This document shows positions 8,804 through 17,192 of a stretch of 54,303 nt of DNA, in pieces; position 1 is the first letter of the stretch, and each line of letters begins with the position of its first letter. A model generated the notes under the pieces. The model had not been told where the DNA came from and did no database searches. It was given only the letters and a program-made list of their open reading frames with translations. The stretch is from a bacterium (GTDB lineage Bacteria; Hydrothermota; Tepidihabitantia; Tepidihabitantales; Tepidihabitantaceae), in NCBI GenBank assembly GCA_046485245.1, contig JAWOHG010000069.1:1-54303 (forward strand), written 5' to 3'. Made by a program: the position numbers and the translations under genes.

Positions 8804-9724
8804 ATGGCTTCCGAACCCGACGGGCCTGCTTTCTGCGCCACTGCTGCGCGCATCTGGCGGGCGGTGGCCGCGCCCGATCCGGGCGGGCCGTTCGCCAATG
8901 TCGAGGGCGGCAGCGTAGAGCAGCAGCGCGACCGCCGGCTGCAGCTTCACCACGTCGCCAACTACGCGGCGGCGCTGACACTGCTGGGCGAGTCGCCCGG
9001 CTCGGCGCGCCTCCTTGAGCTGGGCTGCGGCAGCGGCGCGCTCAGCCGGGGCCTGGCCCGTTCGATGCCGCCGGGCTGGACCCTCACCGCGGTCGACTAT
9101 TCGGCAGCACACGTGCAGAGGGCACAGCGGCACGCGGTCGCGGCTAACCTGGAGTTCAGGCAGCTCGACCTTCGTGCTATCGAACCCGTGGAGGTCAGCG
9201 ACTTCGATGCAGTCCTGATGCTCGAGGTCATCGAACACCTCACGCCGCTCGAGGCGGCGCAACTGCTCGGTCGGCTTCACGCCGGCCTTAGGGCGGGCGG
9301 CAGGCTGGTGTTCAGCACGCTCGACCGGTCACCGTTCCCACGGCCGTGCTCGGGCTACGGCCCGCACCGGGTTGAGTACTCCTGCGCAACTTTGCTCGAG
9401 CGGCTCGCGGACCCGACGTTCAATCCCTTTGAACGATGGCGGCTGTACCGGCTTGTATCGGCAGACATCACGGCCGCGGCGGTGCGGAGCGAGAACCAGG
9501 GCGGGTATCTCGCCAACCGCGTCGCGGCCGGGCTGGAGCGGTTTCCGTTGACCCGGCTGGCGTTGCGCTGGGCGGTTGGCCTCGGGTACCGGCTGTATTC
9601 GATGCTGCCCGCGGCCGGGTTCGACATCCACGCGGCAATTGGCGATATCGACCTTGTCGATGACATCTCGGGCCGGTTCGACCGGCAGTCGTTCGGCATC
9701 GTAGCAGTGCTGGAAAAGGCGTGA
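8804..9724 (+). CDS. Class I SAM-dependent methyltransferase
   Basis: [12 protein letters not shown] (motif I), [19 protein letters not shown]. The ATG at 8804 is preferred over the GTG at 8801 because of the promoter geometry. Confidence 0.8.
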   Translation: MASEPDGPAFCATAARIWRAVAAPDPGGPFANVEGGSVEQQRDRRLQLHHVANYAAALTLLGESPGSARLLELGCGSGALSRGLARSMPPGWTLTAVDYSAAHVQRAQRHAVAANLEFRQLDLRAIEPVEVSDFDAVLMLEVIEHLTPLEAAQLLGRLHAGLRAGGRLVFSTLDRSPFPRPCSGYGPHRVEYSCATLLERLADPTFNPFERWRLYRLVSADITAAAVRSENQGGYLANRVAAGLERFPLTRLALRWAVGLGYRLYSMLPAAGFDIHAAIGDIDLVDDISGRFDRQSFGIVAVLEKA

Positions 9725-9778
9725 GGCGCCCTGTGTCGACGGTGGCTCTCTTCCAGGGCAAGGAGAAGGAGGTGCATC

Positions 9779-10834
9779 GTGCAACCTGAGCGGCGACAAG
9801 CAGCTGAAGTCAAGGCCCCGTTCCGGGCCGTAAGCTACGAGCGCGGGAGGCTGAGCGTGCTTGACCAGACCCTGCTGCCGGCCAGGGTGCGTCGCGTGAA
9901 CCCGCGCAGCGCATCCGAAGTTGTCCGGCTCATCCGGCGGCTGGCCGTGCGCGGTGCGCCGCTCATCGGGGTCGCCGCTGCATATGGTGTTGTGGTCGAG
10001 GCCCGGCGGCTGAGCGACAGCGCGCTCGTGCGGGGTCTTGACCGTGCCTGCGCACACCTGGCGAGCGCGCGGCCGACCGCGGTGAACCTCGGCTGGGCAG
10101 TGAGGCGGATGCGGGCTGTGCTGGAGCGGGGCGGGACCGCCGCGCAGCTCAGGGCAGGGCTGCTGGTCGAGGCGCGGTCAATCGAAGCCGAGGAGCTCGG
10201 CAACTCCCGCGCCATTGCCCGGTTCGGGGCGCGGCTCCTCGGCAGGGGCGCGACAGTGCTGACCATCTGCAACACCGGCTCGCTGGCCGGGCCGGGCCTG
10301 GGCACGGCGCTGGGTATCGTGCTGCGGGCCCACATCGACGGCAAGCGGCCCGAGGTGTTCGCCTGCGAGACGCGGCCGCTGCTGCAGGGTGCGCGCCTGA
10401 CTACACTGGAGCTGCAGCGGGCCGGCGTCCCGGTTCGGCTGATTGCGGACAGCGCGGCGGCGTCGGTTGTCGAGCGTTGCGATATCGTCATCGCCGGTGC
10501 CGACCGCATCGCGCTCAACGGCGACACGGCCAACAAGGTCGGCACGCGGATGCTCGCGGTCCTGGCGCGCGCTGCGGGCCGGCCGCTGGTCATCGCGGCG
10601 CCGAGTTCCACGTTTGACCCGCAGACGCCGGACGGTCGACGCATCCCGATCGAGGAGCGCGCCCCGGACGAGGTGCGCCGGTTCGGCCGATGCCGGGTGG
10701 CGCCGGCCGCGGTGCCGGTCTACAACCCGGCGTTCGATATCACCCCGGCCCGGCTCATCAGCGCAATCGTGACCGAGCGCGGCATTGCCCGCCCGCCGCT
10801 GGGTCGTTCGTTGCGCAGACTCCTCGGCGGCTAG
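9779..10834 (+). CDS. mtnA: S-methyl-5-thioribose-1-phosphate isomerase (eIF-2B alpha/beta/delta family)
   Basis: LDQTLLP, VRGAPLIGVAAAYG, TICNTGSLA, GADRIALNGDTANKVGT and YNPAFDITPA motifs. GTG start preceded by AAGGAGG 6 nt upstream. Confidence 0.9.
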   Translation: MQPERRQAAEVKAPFRAVSYERGRLSVLDQTLLPARVRRVNPRSASEVVRLIRRLAVRGAPLIGVAAAYGVVVEARRLSDSALVRGLDRACAHLASARPTAVNLGWAVRRMRAVLERGGTAAQLRAGLLVEARSIEAEELGNSRAIARFGARLLGRGATVLTICNTGSLAGPGLGTALGIVLRAHIDGKRPEVFACETRPLLQGARLTTLELQRAGVPVRLIADSAAASVVERCDIVIAGADRIALNGDTANKVGTRMLAVLARAAGRPLVIAAPSSTFDPQTPDGRRIPIEERAPDEVRRFGRCRVAPAAVPVYNPAFDITPARLISAIVTERGIARPPLGRSLRRLLGG

Positions 10835-10849
10835 TCTGCGCCGAAAACA

Positions 10850-10879
10850 CGGCAGGCCCGGCCGAGGCCGGGCCTGCCG
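10850..10879. terminator. Bidirectional GC-rich hairpin between convergent mtnA and the PPIase gene
   Basis: CGGCAGGCCCGGCC-GA-GGCCGGGCCTGCCG, perfect 14-nt inverted arms. On the minus strand it is followed by GTGTTTT. Confidence 0.65.
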
Positions 10880-10891
10880 TCGATTCGCTTA

Positions 10892-11599
10892 CTAGTTCGT
10901 GGAGACGGTGACCTGTTCCATCACGACCGGGTTGACCGGCCGGTCCTGGCCGCCGGTCTTGACCCCGCCGATCTTCTCCATCACGTCCATACCCTCGACT
11001 ATCTGGCCGATGACGGTGTAGTTGCCGTCGAGCATCGGCAGGGGAGCGAGGCAGAGGTAGAACTGGCTGCCCGAGGATTCTTTGCGCGGGTTGACCTGGT
11101 CGCCGGTGCGGGCCATCGCCAGCGCGCCCTTGTCGTGCTTGCGCTTGATTTCGGCCGGAACGGTGTAGCCCGGGCCGCCGGTGCCGTCACCCTTGGGGTC
11201 GCCGCCCTGCACCACGAAGCCGGGCACGATGCGGTGGAAGGTCAGGCCGTTGTAGAACCCCTTGATGGCGTTATTGGCGACATTGGTGACGTTCTTGGGC
11301 GCGTCCTCGGTGTAGAACTTCACCTTCATCGTGCCGTAGTCCCGGACCTTGATGGTGATGAACAGGTCCTTGGGCAAGTTGGTGGCGACGAGCGTGTCTT
11401 TCAAGGTGCCTGCCTTTCCTGGAGCGGTCGGGGCTGCGGCCGGTGCCGCGGCCGGTTCGGGTGTCGATTGGGGCGCAGTCGTGTCGGGCGTCACGGCGGC
11501 GGTCGTTTCAGCGGGAGCGGCCGCCGGTTCGGCCGGCTTGGGGGCGCCGCCGCACGCCAGAACGAGCAATGCCGCCGCACAGATGATGAGCTTACGCAT
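10892..11599 (-). CDS. Cyclophilin-type peptidyl-prolyl isomerase, lipoprotein with Ala/Pro/Thr-rich linker
   Basis: FHRIVPGFVVQGGDP and GSQFYLC motifs. Lipobox LVLACGG. GGAGG lies 5 nt upstream of the ATG. Confidence 0.9.
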   Translation of the reverse strand: MRKLIICAAALLVLACGGAPKPAEPAAAPAETTAAVTPDTTAPQSTPEPAAAPAAAPTAPGKAGTLKDTLVATNLPKDLFITIKVRDYGTMKVKFYTEDAPKNVTNVANNAIKGFYNGLTFHRIVPGFVVQGGDPKGDGTGGPGYTVPAEIKRKHDKGALAMARTGDQVNPRKESSGSQFYLCLAPLPMLDGNYTVIGQIVEGMDVMEKIGGVKTGGQDRPVNPVVMEQVTVSTN

Positions 11600-11636
11600 C
11601 AGAGCCTCCTGGTGAGTTGGGTTCGAATCCGGTCAA

Positions 11637-12773
11637 CTAGTAGCCCCAGCGGCGGGTCCGCCTGGCCCAGACCTCGCCGTAGGCGAGCGTGAAACCGAGC
11701 CGCCCGGCAGTCTCCTCAAGCGAAGGCGTGTCGCGGAAGAGGACCTCCGCGGCGACGTCGATGCTGCCGAACTTCGGAATGGCAAAACCGGTGCCGGCCG
11801 AGACGCCGTGCTCGGTCACGGCCGCGCCGTTGCCGGCCGCGTAGTACCAGGTGCTGTTGGAGTAGCCGAGCCGCACCGGGTGCTCAGGCGCGATGCTGAA
11901 CTCGACGCCGGCTGACAGGCGCAGGGCGTCGCGGAACCCGAGGCCGTGGGTCGAGTCTGAGTCGGTGATGGTCGCGCCGGACCACGGCCGCAGCGCCGCG
12001 CCCAGAGACAGGCCGAGCCGCTCGATGGGCCGGACCTTCACCGCGGCTCCGCCGGACAACGGTAGGGCGAGCCGGTAGGTGCGGTCGGAGTCGCCGACCA
12101 CGCCATGGACCTTCTTGAACCGGCGCGCGGTCAGCTCGATGCCCGGTTCGAAGTAAGCGCCGGCAGATACCGGTCCCAGTTCGAGCCCGAGCCCGGCGCG
12201 CACTGTCCCGGCGCGGTAGTCGGTCTCGACCGTGTCGGTCGAGGTGTAGCCGTTGGTGACCTCGTACAGCCAGTGCTCGCGCGAGCCGCCGATGAGGTAG
12301 TTGTACTCGATGCCGACGGCTACCGTTTTCCAGAACGACTTGGCCACCCCGGCGTGAAGGGAGTAGATGCCGCCCCGGCCGGTGACGTGGCGCCGATAGA
12401 GCGTGTCGCCGAGCGAGTCGGACCAGACGTCGAAGTCCTGGTTAAAACGCTCCTCGACACCGAACAGCACCCGGAACCCCGCCGTGACCGGCACCGCGCC
12501 GGAAAGGCCGGTGGGCCGGGCCCCGATGATGCCGCGCGTGTTGCCGTCCTGGGTTCCGAGTGCGCCCGAGACCACGCCGCCGAAACGCAGGGTCGTCCGG
12601 TCGAGCTTCACGACTGCACCGGGGTTGAGGCCGGTCAGGGCCGCGTGCCCGCCCTGGGCCTGCTGCCCGGCGTCGGGCGGCGAAAGGGCTTCACCCAGGC
12701 CGCGCGGGTTGAAAAAGGACTGGGCTGCCGCGAGCGCGCACCAGAGCAGGCCGGCGACCAGCGCGCGCTTCAC
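11637..12773 (-). CDS. Putative outer-membrane beta-barrel protein of unknown function
   Basis: Start moved to the GTG at 12773 (VKRALVAGLLWCALAAAQS signal peptide), which overlaps the upstream stop as GTGA. Alternating hydrophobic beta-strand pattern and aromatic C-terminus (RRWGY). Confidence 0.6.
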   Translation of the reverse strand: MKRALVAGLLWCALAAAQSFFNPRGLGEALSPPDAGQQAQGGHAALTGLNPGAVVKLDRTTLRFGGVVSGALGTQDGNTRGIIGARPTGLSGAVPVTAGFRVLFGVEERFNQDFDVWSDSLGDTLYRRHVTGRGGIYSLHAGVAKSFWKTVAVGIEYNYLIGGSREHWLYEVTNGYTSTDTVETDYRAGTVRAGLGLELGPVSAGAYFEPGIELTARRFKKVHGVVGDSDRTYRLALPLSGGAAVKVRPIERLGLSLGAALRPWSGATITDSDSTHGLGFRDALRLSAGVEFSIAPEHPVRLGYSNSTWYYAAGNGAAVTEHGVSAGTGFAIPKFGSIDVAAEVLFRDTPSLEETAGRLGFTLAYGEVWARRTRRWGY

Positions 12774-13912
12774 CGGAACCGGTCTCCCGGCGGCATCACG
12801 TATTGGATGCGCAGTTGCGGCGAGTTCGGGCCGGAGCGGGGAACGCGCAGGTGGAAGAACCTGGCCCACTCCGGGTCGGCCTTCAGCAGCAAGCCGAAAT
12901 TGGAGTCGCAGTGGACGCCGGTCGAGTCGCGATAGGTCGTCCAGAACTGGACGAGGCTCCGCAGGTCGAGGCTGACAGTGGTGTCGGAATCGGCCGGCGG
13001 TACGTAGTAGACAATCCTTGCCGCGGTTTCGACGAACCTCGCGCTGCCGCCGCGGCCCGCAAATGACTGGGTCAGGCGGTGCGCGCCGAAGGCCAGCGTG
13101 TCGGACCGGCGATGCCGGGTCTGGGGCCGGAAACGCAGCTCGGCCTGCGTGATGGTCGCCGCGGCCGGTATCGAGTCGAGGTTGAACAGCACCTGGCTGC
13201 GCAGCGCCAGTCCGGCCCCGACCAGCAGGTCGGTGGGCGCGGCCGATATTCGCACCGTGTCGACGATGAGGCCGGTGGCGAGGGCGAGGTACTCCAGTTC
13301 GGTCTTGCCGTCGGTGTAGGTAACGAGGATGCGCGGACCCTTGGTGGCGCTCGACTGCGACTGGACCATCGCGAACCCGGTGTCGAGCGCGAAAAGGACG
13401 ATGCCGTTATCGCGCACCGCGGCGCGCTGCTCCTCGGTCAGGGTCCGGTAGGCCAGGTCGACGACGATGCTGTCCGGCCCGGTCGTGTCGGCGCCGATGT
13501 CCACGCGCCAGTAGTCGCCGCCGACGTTGGCCCAGTGGTTGGTAGAGTCGGCCATCAGCCAGGACACGCCGTACTCGTTCCAGGACGTCGAACAAGGCCG
13601 GCAGACGAACGGGACCCGGGCGCTGTCGTTGGTGTGCAGGACCAGCTCGACCGAAGCAATCGAGTCGAGATTGAGCGTTTCGGGAATGGAGAAGCGCAGG
13701 ATCACCCGGCTCACGAACGCGGTGTCCCGGCCGAAGTAGAGCTCGGTGGCTTCGCCCAACTGCACGTACCGGGCATAGCCCACGGCCGTGTCGGGCAGCA
13801 GGGTGAGCGCGCTGTCACCGGGCACGCGGTCGCCGACCTCGCCGAACCCGACCGGCAGGGTGTTGCAGGCCGCGAGCAACAGGCAGAGCAGGGCCGCGCC
13901 GGCGCGCATCAC
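12770..13912 (-). CDS. Lipoprotein with two DNRLRE-like (carbohydrate-binding-like) modules
   Basis: Lipobox LLLAACN. Two repeated modules of the type 'SRVILRFSIP...SVELVLH...SWNEYGVSW' and 'SQVLFNLDSIP...AELRFRP'. The family call is by resemblance only. Confidence 0.55.
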   Translation of the reverse strand: MMRAGAALLCLLLAACNTLPVGFGEVGDRVPGDSALTLLPDTAVGYARYVQLGEATELYFGRDTAFVSRVILRFSIPETLNLDSIASVELVLHTNDSARVPFVCRPCSTSWNEYGVSWLMADSTNHWANVGGDYWRVDIGADTTGPDSIVVDLAYRTLTEEQRAAVRDNGIVLFALDTGFAMVQSQSSATKGPRILVTYTDGKTELEYLALATGLIVDTVRISAAPTDLLVGAGLALRSQVLFNLDSIPAAATITQAELRFRPQTRHRRSDTLAFGAHRLTQSFAGRGGSARFVETAARIVYYVPPADSDTTVSLDLRSLVQFWTTYRDSTGVHCDSNFGLLLKADPEWARFFHLRVPRSGPNSPQLRIQYVMPPGDRFR

Positions 13913-14904
13913 GCCGCCGCCTCGACTCGGGCGAACCGCTCGCGGATGTGCCCGGTCAGGTTGCCGGTGGCGGCCTCGGTGGCCGTGTGCAGGGCGTTCT
14001 TGATGGCCTGGGCAGTGGACCGGCCGTGCGCGCAGATGACGGTGCCGTTCACCCCGAGCATCAGCGCGCCGCCCTGGCGCTCGTAGTCGAGCCGGTTGAT
14101 GAACTCGTGCAGGACCGGCTTCGAGAACCAGCGGCGCATCCGGTACTTCGACTTGGAGTCGAGGTAGCCGTCGAGCATCGCCGAAAGCACCTCGCCCATC
14201 GCCTCGGTGTACTTCAGCAGGATGTTGCCGACAAAGCCGTCGCAGACGGCCACGTCGACCGCGCCCTGAAGCAGGTCGTTGCCTTCGATGTTGCCGGTGA
14301 AGTTCAGCTCGGATTCCTTCAGCAGTTTGGACGCCGCGGCGGTCAGGTCGTTGCCCTTGGAATCCTCGCGCCCGATGTTGAGGATGCCCACCGACGGGTT
14401 GGCCTTGCGGAACAGATAGGCAGCCGCGGTCGTGCCCATCAGGGCGAACTGGAAGAGCTGCAGCGGTTTGGTGTCGACATTGGCCCCGACGTCCAGCACC
14501 AGCGTGCTGCCCTTGCTTGTCGGGAACACGACGCCCAGGGTGGGGCGGTGCACGCCGGGAATCACGCCCAGCGTGGTCAGGGCGTAGGCCATCACCGCGC
14601 CGGTGTTGCCGGCGCTGACCATCGCGCTGACCTCGCCCGATTTAAGCAGGTTCATGCAGACCGCCATCGAGCTGTCGCGCTTGCGCTTGACGACCTCGTA
14701 GGGCGACTCGTGCATCCCGACGGTCTGGGCCGCCGGCACGAGGCTGACCCGGTCGGGCAGTCGGCCGTGGGCGCTGGCGACCATCTGCTCCTGGCCGACC
14801 AGCGTCACCTCGAGTTCGGGCGATTCTTCGATCGCCGCGATGGCGCCGTCGACCTCGACACGCGGAGCGTTGTCGGAGCCCATAGCGTCGAGCGCTATCT
14901 TCAT
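13909..14904 (-). CDS. plsX: Phosphate acyltransferase PlsX
   Basis: MKIALDAMGSDNAP N-terminus, GNTGA and CDGFVGN motifs. Sits directly downstream of rpmF, the classic arrangement. Confidence 0.95.
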   Translation of the reverse strand: MKIALDAMGSDNAPRVEVDGAIAAIEESPELEVTLVGQEQMVASAHGRLPDRVSLVPAAQTVGMHESPYEVVKRKRDSSMAVCMNLLKSGEVSAMVSAGNTGAVMAYALTTLGVIPGVHRPTLGVVFPTSKGSTLVLDVGANVDTKPLQLFQFALMGTTAAAYLFRKANPSVGILNIGREDSKGNDLTAAASKLLKESELNFTGNIEGNDLLQGAVDVAVCDGFVGNILLKYTEAMGEVLSAMLDGYLDSKSKYRMRRWFSKPVLHEFINRLDYERQGGALMLGVNGTVICAHGRSTAQAIKNALHTATEAATGNLTGHIRERFARVEAAA

Positions 14905-14955
14905 CGAATCCTTTGCCGGTGGCGGATCAGGTCAGGGGACCGGGCGACGCGGGCG

Positions 14956-15147
14956 TCACTCCTTCTTCGACTTCTCGATGAACAGGACTTCCCTGCCGGC
15001 GTAGTAGCCGCAATGCGGGCAGACGCGGTGGGGCAGTTTCGGCTCGTGGCAGTGCGGGCAGTCGACCACGGTCGGCGCGGTCAACTTCCAGTGCGTGCGG
15101 CGTTTGCGGCCGCGCTGCTTCGAGTGCCTTCTCTTTGGTAGTGGCAT
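14956..15147 (-). CDS. rpmF: 50S ribosomal protein L32
   Basis: MPLPKRRHSKQRGRKRRTHWKL, plus CPHC...CPHCG zinc-ribbon motif. GGAGG upstream. Confidence 0.95.
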   Translation of the reverse strand: MPLPKRRHSKQRGRKRRTHWKLTAPTVVDCPHCHEPKLPHRVCPHCGYYAGREVLFIEKSKKE

Positions 15148-15179
15148 TAATCCTCCGGATTTCGATACTTAGCCCGTCG

Positions 15180-15207
15180 ATTCTAGCGGGGCGAGGGGGA
15201 CTGTCAA
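15180..15207 (-). promoter_or_regulatory. Sigma70 promoter of rpmF-plsX: TTGACA-16-TAGAAT
   Basis: Minus strand: gTTGACAgtccccctcgccccgcTAGAATcgacgggctaagtatcgaaatccGGAGGattaATG. This one is a leadered, SD-containing mRNA. Confidence 0.7.
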
Positions 15208-15231
15208 CACCGCGAGGGTGCACGGCGGGAG

Positions 15232-15287
15232 TAAGGGGCGGGGAACGAGGAACGGGGGACGGGGAACAGGGGTCGGGGGTCAGGTTC
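15232..15287. repeat. Heptanucleotide array, 8 units of CGGGGAA type
   Basis: TAAGGGG CGGGGAA CGAGGAA CGGGGGA CGGGGAA CAGGGGT CGGGGGT CAGGTTC in one register, immediately upstream of the rpmF -35 box. Confidence 0.75.
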
Positions 15288-15607
15288 GAAGCAGGCTGTC
15301 GAACGCCTCGCGAGCGGGGGTTTGACGCTACATGTAGAGGGGGGAGTGACTTCCGGGGTCAATCTGTAGTTCAGAAGGCGGGCCAACGAGGCGGAAGTCA
15401 GGGGTTTGAGCGTGCGGCCAAGCGTCGGTGTCAGGGGCTGTTTCAGCCCGGAGTCCAGTTAGAGTGTCAGTTGCGGGCAGAAGCGACCGGCAAAACTGCA
15501 CTTGAGCCGACGCGCGACGGTGGCGACCAGCCGAGGTCGGACCGAGTCGACGAACGACGGGTGCAGGGGCGGACGAATGCAGGGTGTCCTGTTGGAAGCC
15601 GAAGGCC

Positions 15608-15671
15608 GTCAGCCGTGAGCGGAGGCGAGAGATTCCTCCAATCGCGCCTGCGTCGCTCCGTCGGAATGACA
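15608..15671 (+). repeat. Conserved 64-nt intergenic module (copy 1 of 2)
   Basis: GTCAGCCGTGAGC...GAGATTCCTCCAATCGCGCCTGCGTCGCTCCGTCGGAATGACA. The 43-nt core from GAGATTCC differs at one position from 45340-45382. Flanked by GCYGTRA-type heptads at 15605-15620 and 15681-15710. Confidence 0.8.
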
Positions 15672-15727
15672 CCCTGTCTTGCCGTCAGCGTCAGCTGTAA
15701 GCTGTCGGCCGCGCACTGCGTGCCGGC

Positions 15728-17068
15728 CTAGTATTGCGTCAGGTACTTGTCGATTTCCCAGGGCGTTACCTGGAGGCGCGCTTCGTCGCACTCGCGGCGC
15801 TTGGCCTCGAGGAACCGCTCGGCGATGTGGGGGCCGAGCGCGGCCTGAACAGTCCTGTCTTTCTCGAATTCGTCGAGCGCCTCGGAGAGCGACCCGGGCA
15901 GGGAGGTGATGGCGCTGCGGCGGCGCTGGGCCGCGTCGAGGAGGTAGAGGTTCTCCTCGGTCGGGGCCGGCGGCTCGAGCTTGCGGCGGATGCCGTCGAG
16001 CCCGCAGCGCAGCATCACCGCGAAGGCGAGGTAGGGGTTGCAGGACGGGTCGGGGCAGCGCAGTTCGGCGCGCACGGTCTCGGACCGGCCGGGCGCGACC
16101 TGCGGTATGCGGATGAGCGCCGAGCGGTTGACCCGGCCCCAGGAGATGTAGACCGGGGCCTCGTACCCGGGCACGAGGCGCTTGTAGGAGTTGACCAGCG
16201 GTGCGAGGACCGCGCACATCCCGCGGGCGTGCGCGAGCTGGCCGGCGATGAACTGGCGGGCGACCGTGGACAGGCCGTTTTCGCCGCGCGGGTCGCCGAA
16301 GACGTTGCGGCCGGTGCGAATGGAGAAGAGGCTCTGGTTGGTGTGCATCCCCGATCCGTTGATGCCGAAGACCGGCTTGGGCATGAAGGTGGCGAGCAGG
16401 TGGTGGCGCGCGGCCACGGTCTTGAGCGTTAGCTTGAAGGTGACTGTGTTGTCGGCGGCGCGCAGGGCATCGTCGTAGCGGAAGTTGATTTCGTGCTGGC
16501 CGACCGCGACCTCGTGGTGGGACGCCTCGACGCGCATCCCGAATTCCTGGAGCGCGTTGACCATGTCCTTGCGGACGTGGTAGGCCTCGTCGGTGTGGTA
16601 GTCGAAGTAGCCGGCGCGGTCGTGGGGCAGGGTCTGGCACTGGCCGTCGAGCTTGAAGAGGAAGAACTCGCACTCGGGGGCGGTGATGTACCGGTAGCCC
16701 ATCGCCTCGGCCTCGTGCAGTGCCTCGGTGAGGACGTGCCGCGGGTCGCCCTCGAACGGCTTGCCGCCGGCCAGTACGTCGCATATGACGCGGGCGGTGG
16801 CGTTCTCGCCGCGCTCCCAGGGAATGACGTTGAAGGTGGCGAGGTCGGGCCGCAGGTACATGTCGCTCTCGGCGATGCGGGCGAAGCCTTCGACCGACGA
16901 GCCGTCGAACCAGACGCCGCCGCGCAGAAGGTCTTCGAGCTGGCTTGCGGGCACGGTGACGCTCTTGATGGTCCCCCAGATGTCGGTGAACTGGAGGTTG
17001 ATGAATCGGATGCGCTCGCGCTTGACCAGGCTGCGGACTGCTTCGGTCGCGGTCTTTCTCGATGCCAT
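15728..17068 (-). CDS. glnA: Glutamine synthetase, type I
   Basis: Start set at the ATG at 17068 (MASRKTATEAV) with GGAGG upstream. Motifs FDGSS, NGSGMHTNQSLF and NRSALIRIP. 446 aa. Confidence 0.92.
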   Translation of the reverse strand: MASRKTATEAVRSLVKRERIRFINLQFTDIWGTIKSVTVPASQLEDLLRGGVWFDGSSVEGFARIAESDMYLRPDLATFNVIPWERGENATARVICDVLAGGKPFEGDPRHVLTEALHEAEAMGYRYITAPECEFFLFKLDGQCQTLPHDRAGYFDYHTDEAYHVRKDMVNALQEFGMRVEASHHEVAVGQHEINFRYDDALRAADNTVTFKLTLKTVAARHHLLATFMPKPVFGINGSGMHTNQSLFSIRTGRNVFGDPRGENGLSTVARQFIAGQLAHARGMCAVLAPLVNSYKRLVPGYEAPVYISWGRVNRSALIRIPQVAPGRSETVRAELRCPDPSCNPYLAFAVMLRCGLDGIRRKLEPPAPTEENLYLLDAAQRRRSAITSLPGSLSEALDEFEKDRTVQAALGPHIAERFLEAKRRECDEARLQVTPWEIDKYLTQY

Positions 17069-17106
17069 CGGTGTGCCTCCGTTGCGGATCGTTTTCGCCA
17101 CGGCCA

Positions 17107-17134
17107 AAGTTAGCGCCCGGCGGCGCGGCGTCAA
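17107..17134 (-). promoter_or_regulatory. Sigma70-like promoter of the minus-strand glnA: TTGACG-16-TAACTT
   Basis: Minus strand: cTTGACGccgcgccgccgggcgcTAACTTtgg...GGAGGcacaccgATG. Confidence 0.5.
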
Positions 17135-17157
17135 GCCCGGGGGCGCGCTCGGGCCTG

Positions 17158-17186
17158 TTGACTTTGCCGGGCGAATCGGCAAGCTT
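17158..17186 (+). promoter_or_regulatory. Promoter-like TTGACT-17-AAGCTT, 6 nt before GTG 17193 (leaderless geometry)
   Basis: gTTGACTttgccgggcgaatcggcAAGCTTaaagtcGTG. The -10 box is weak, matching the consensus only at A2 and T6. Confidence 0.45.
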
Positions 17187-17192
17187 AAAGTC

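Noticed and set aside
8723-9280. 186-codon N-terminal extension of the EF-G ORF as listed in the track
   Set aside because: The extension has no similarity to EF-G and overlaps the divergent methyltransferase and both promoters. A canonical EF-G N-terminus begins at the ATG at 8722.
11619-11630. GGGTTCGAATCC, a tRNA T-loop-like string, between the PPIase gene and the barrel gene
   Set aside because: The flanks cannot form a T-stem (only 2 bp), and no acceptor or anticodon arms fit within the 37-nt spacer. The adjacent GGAGG is simply the PPIase ribosome-binding site.
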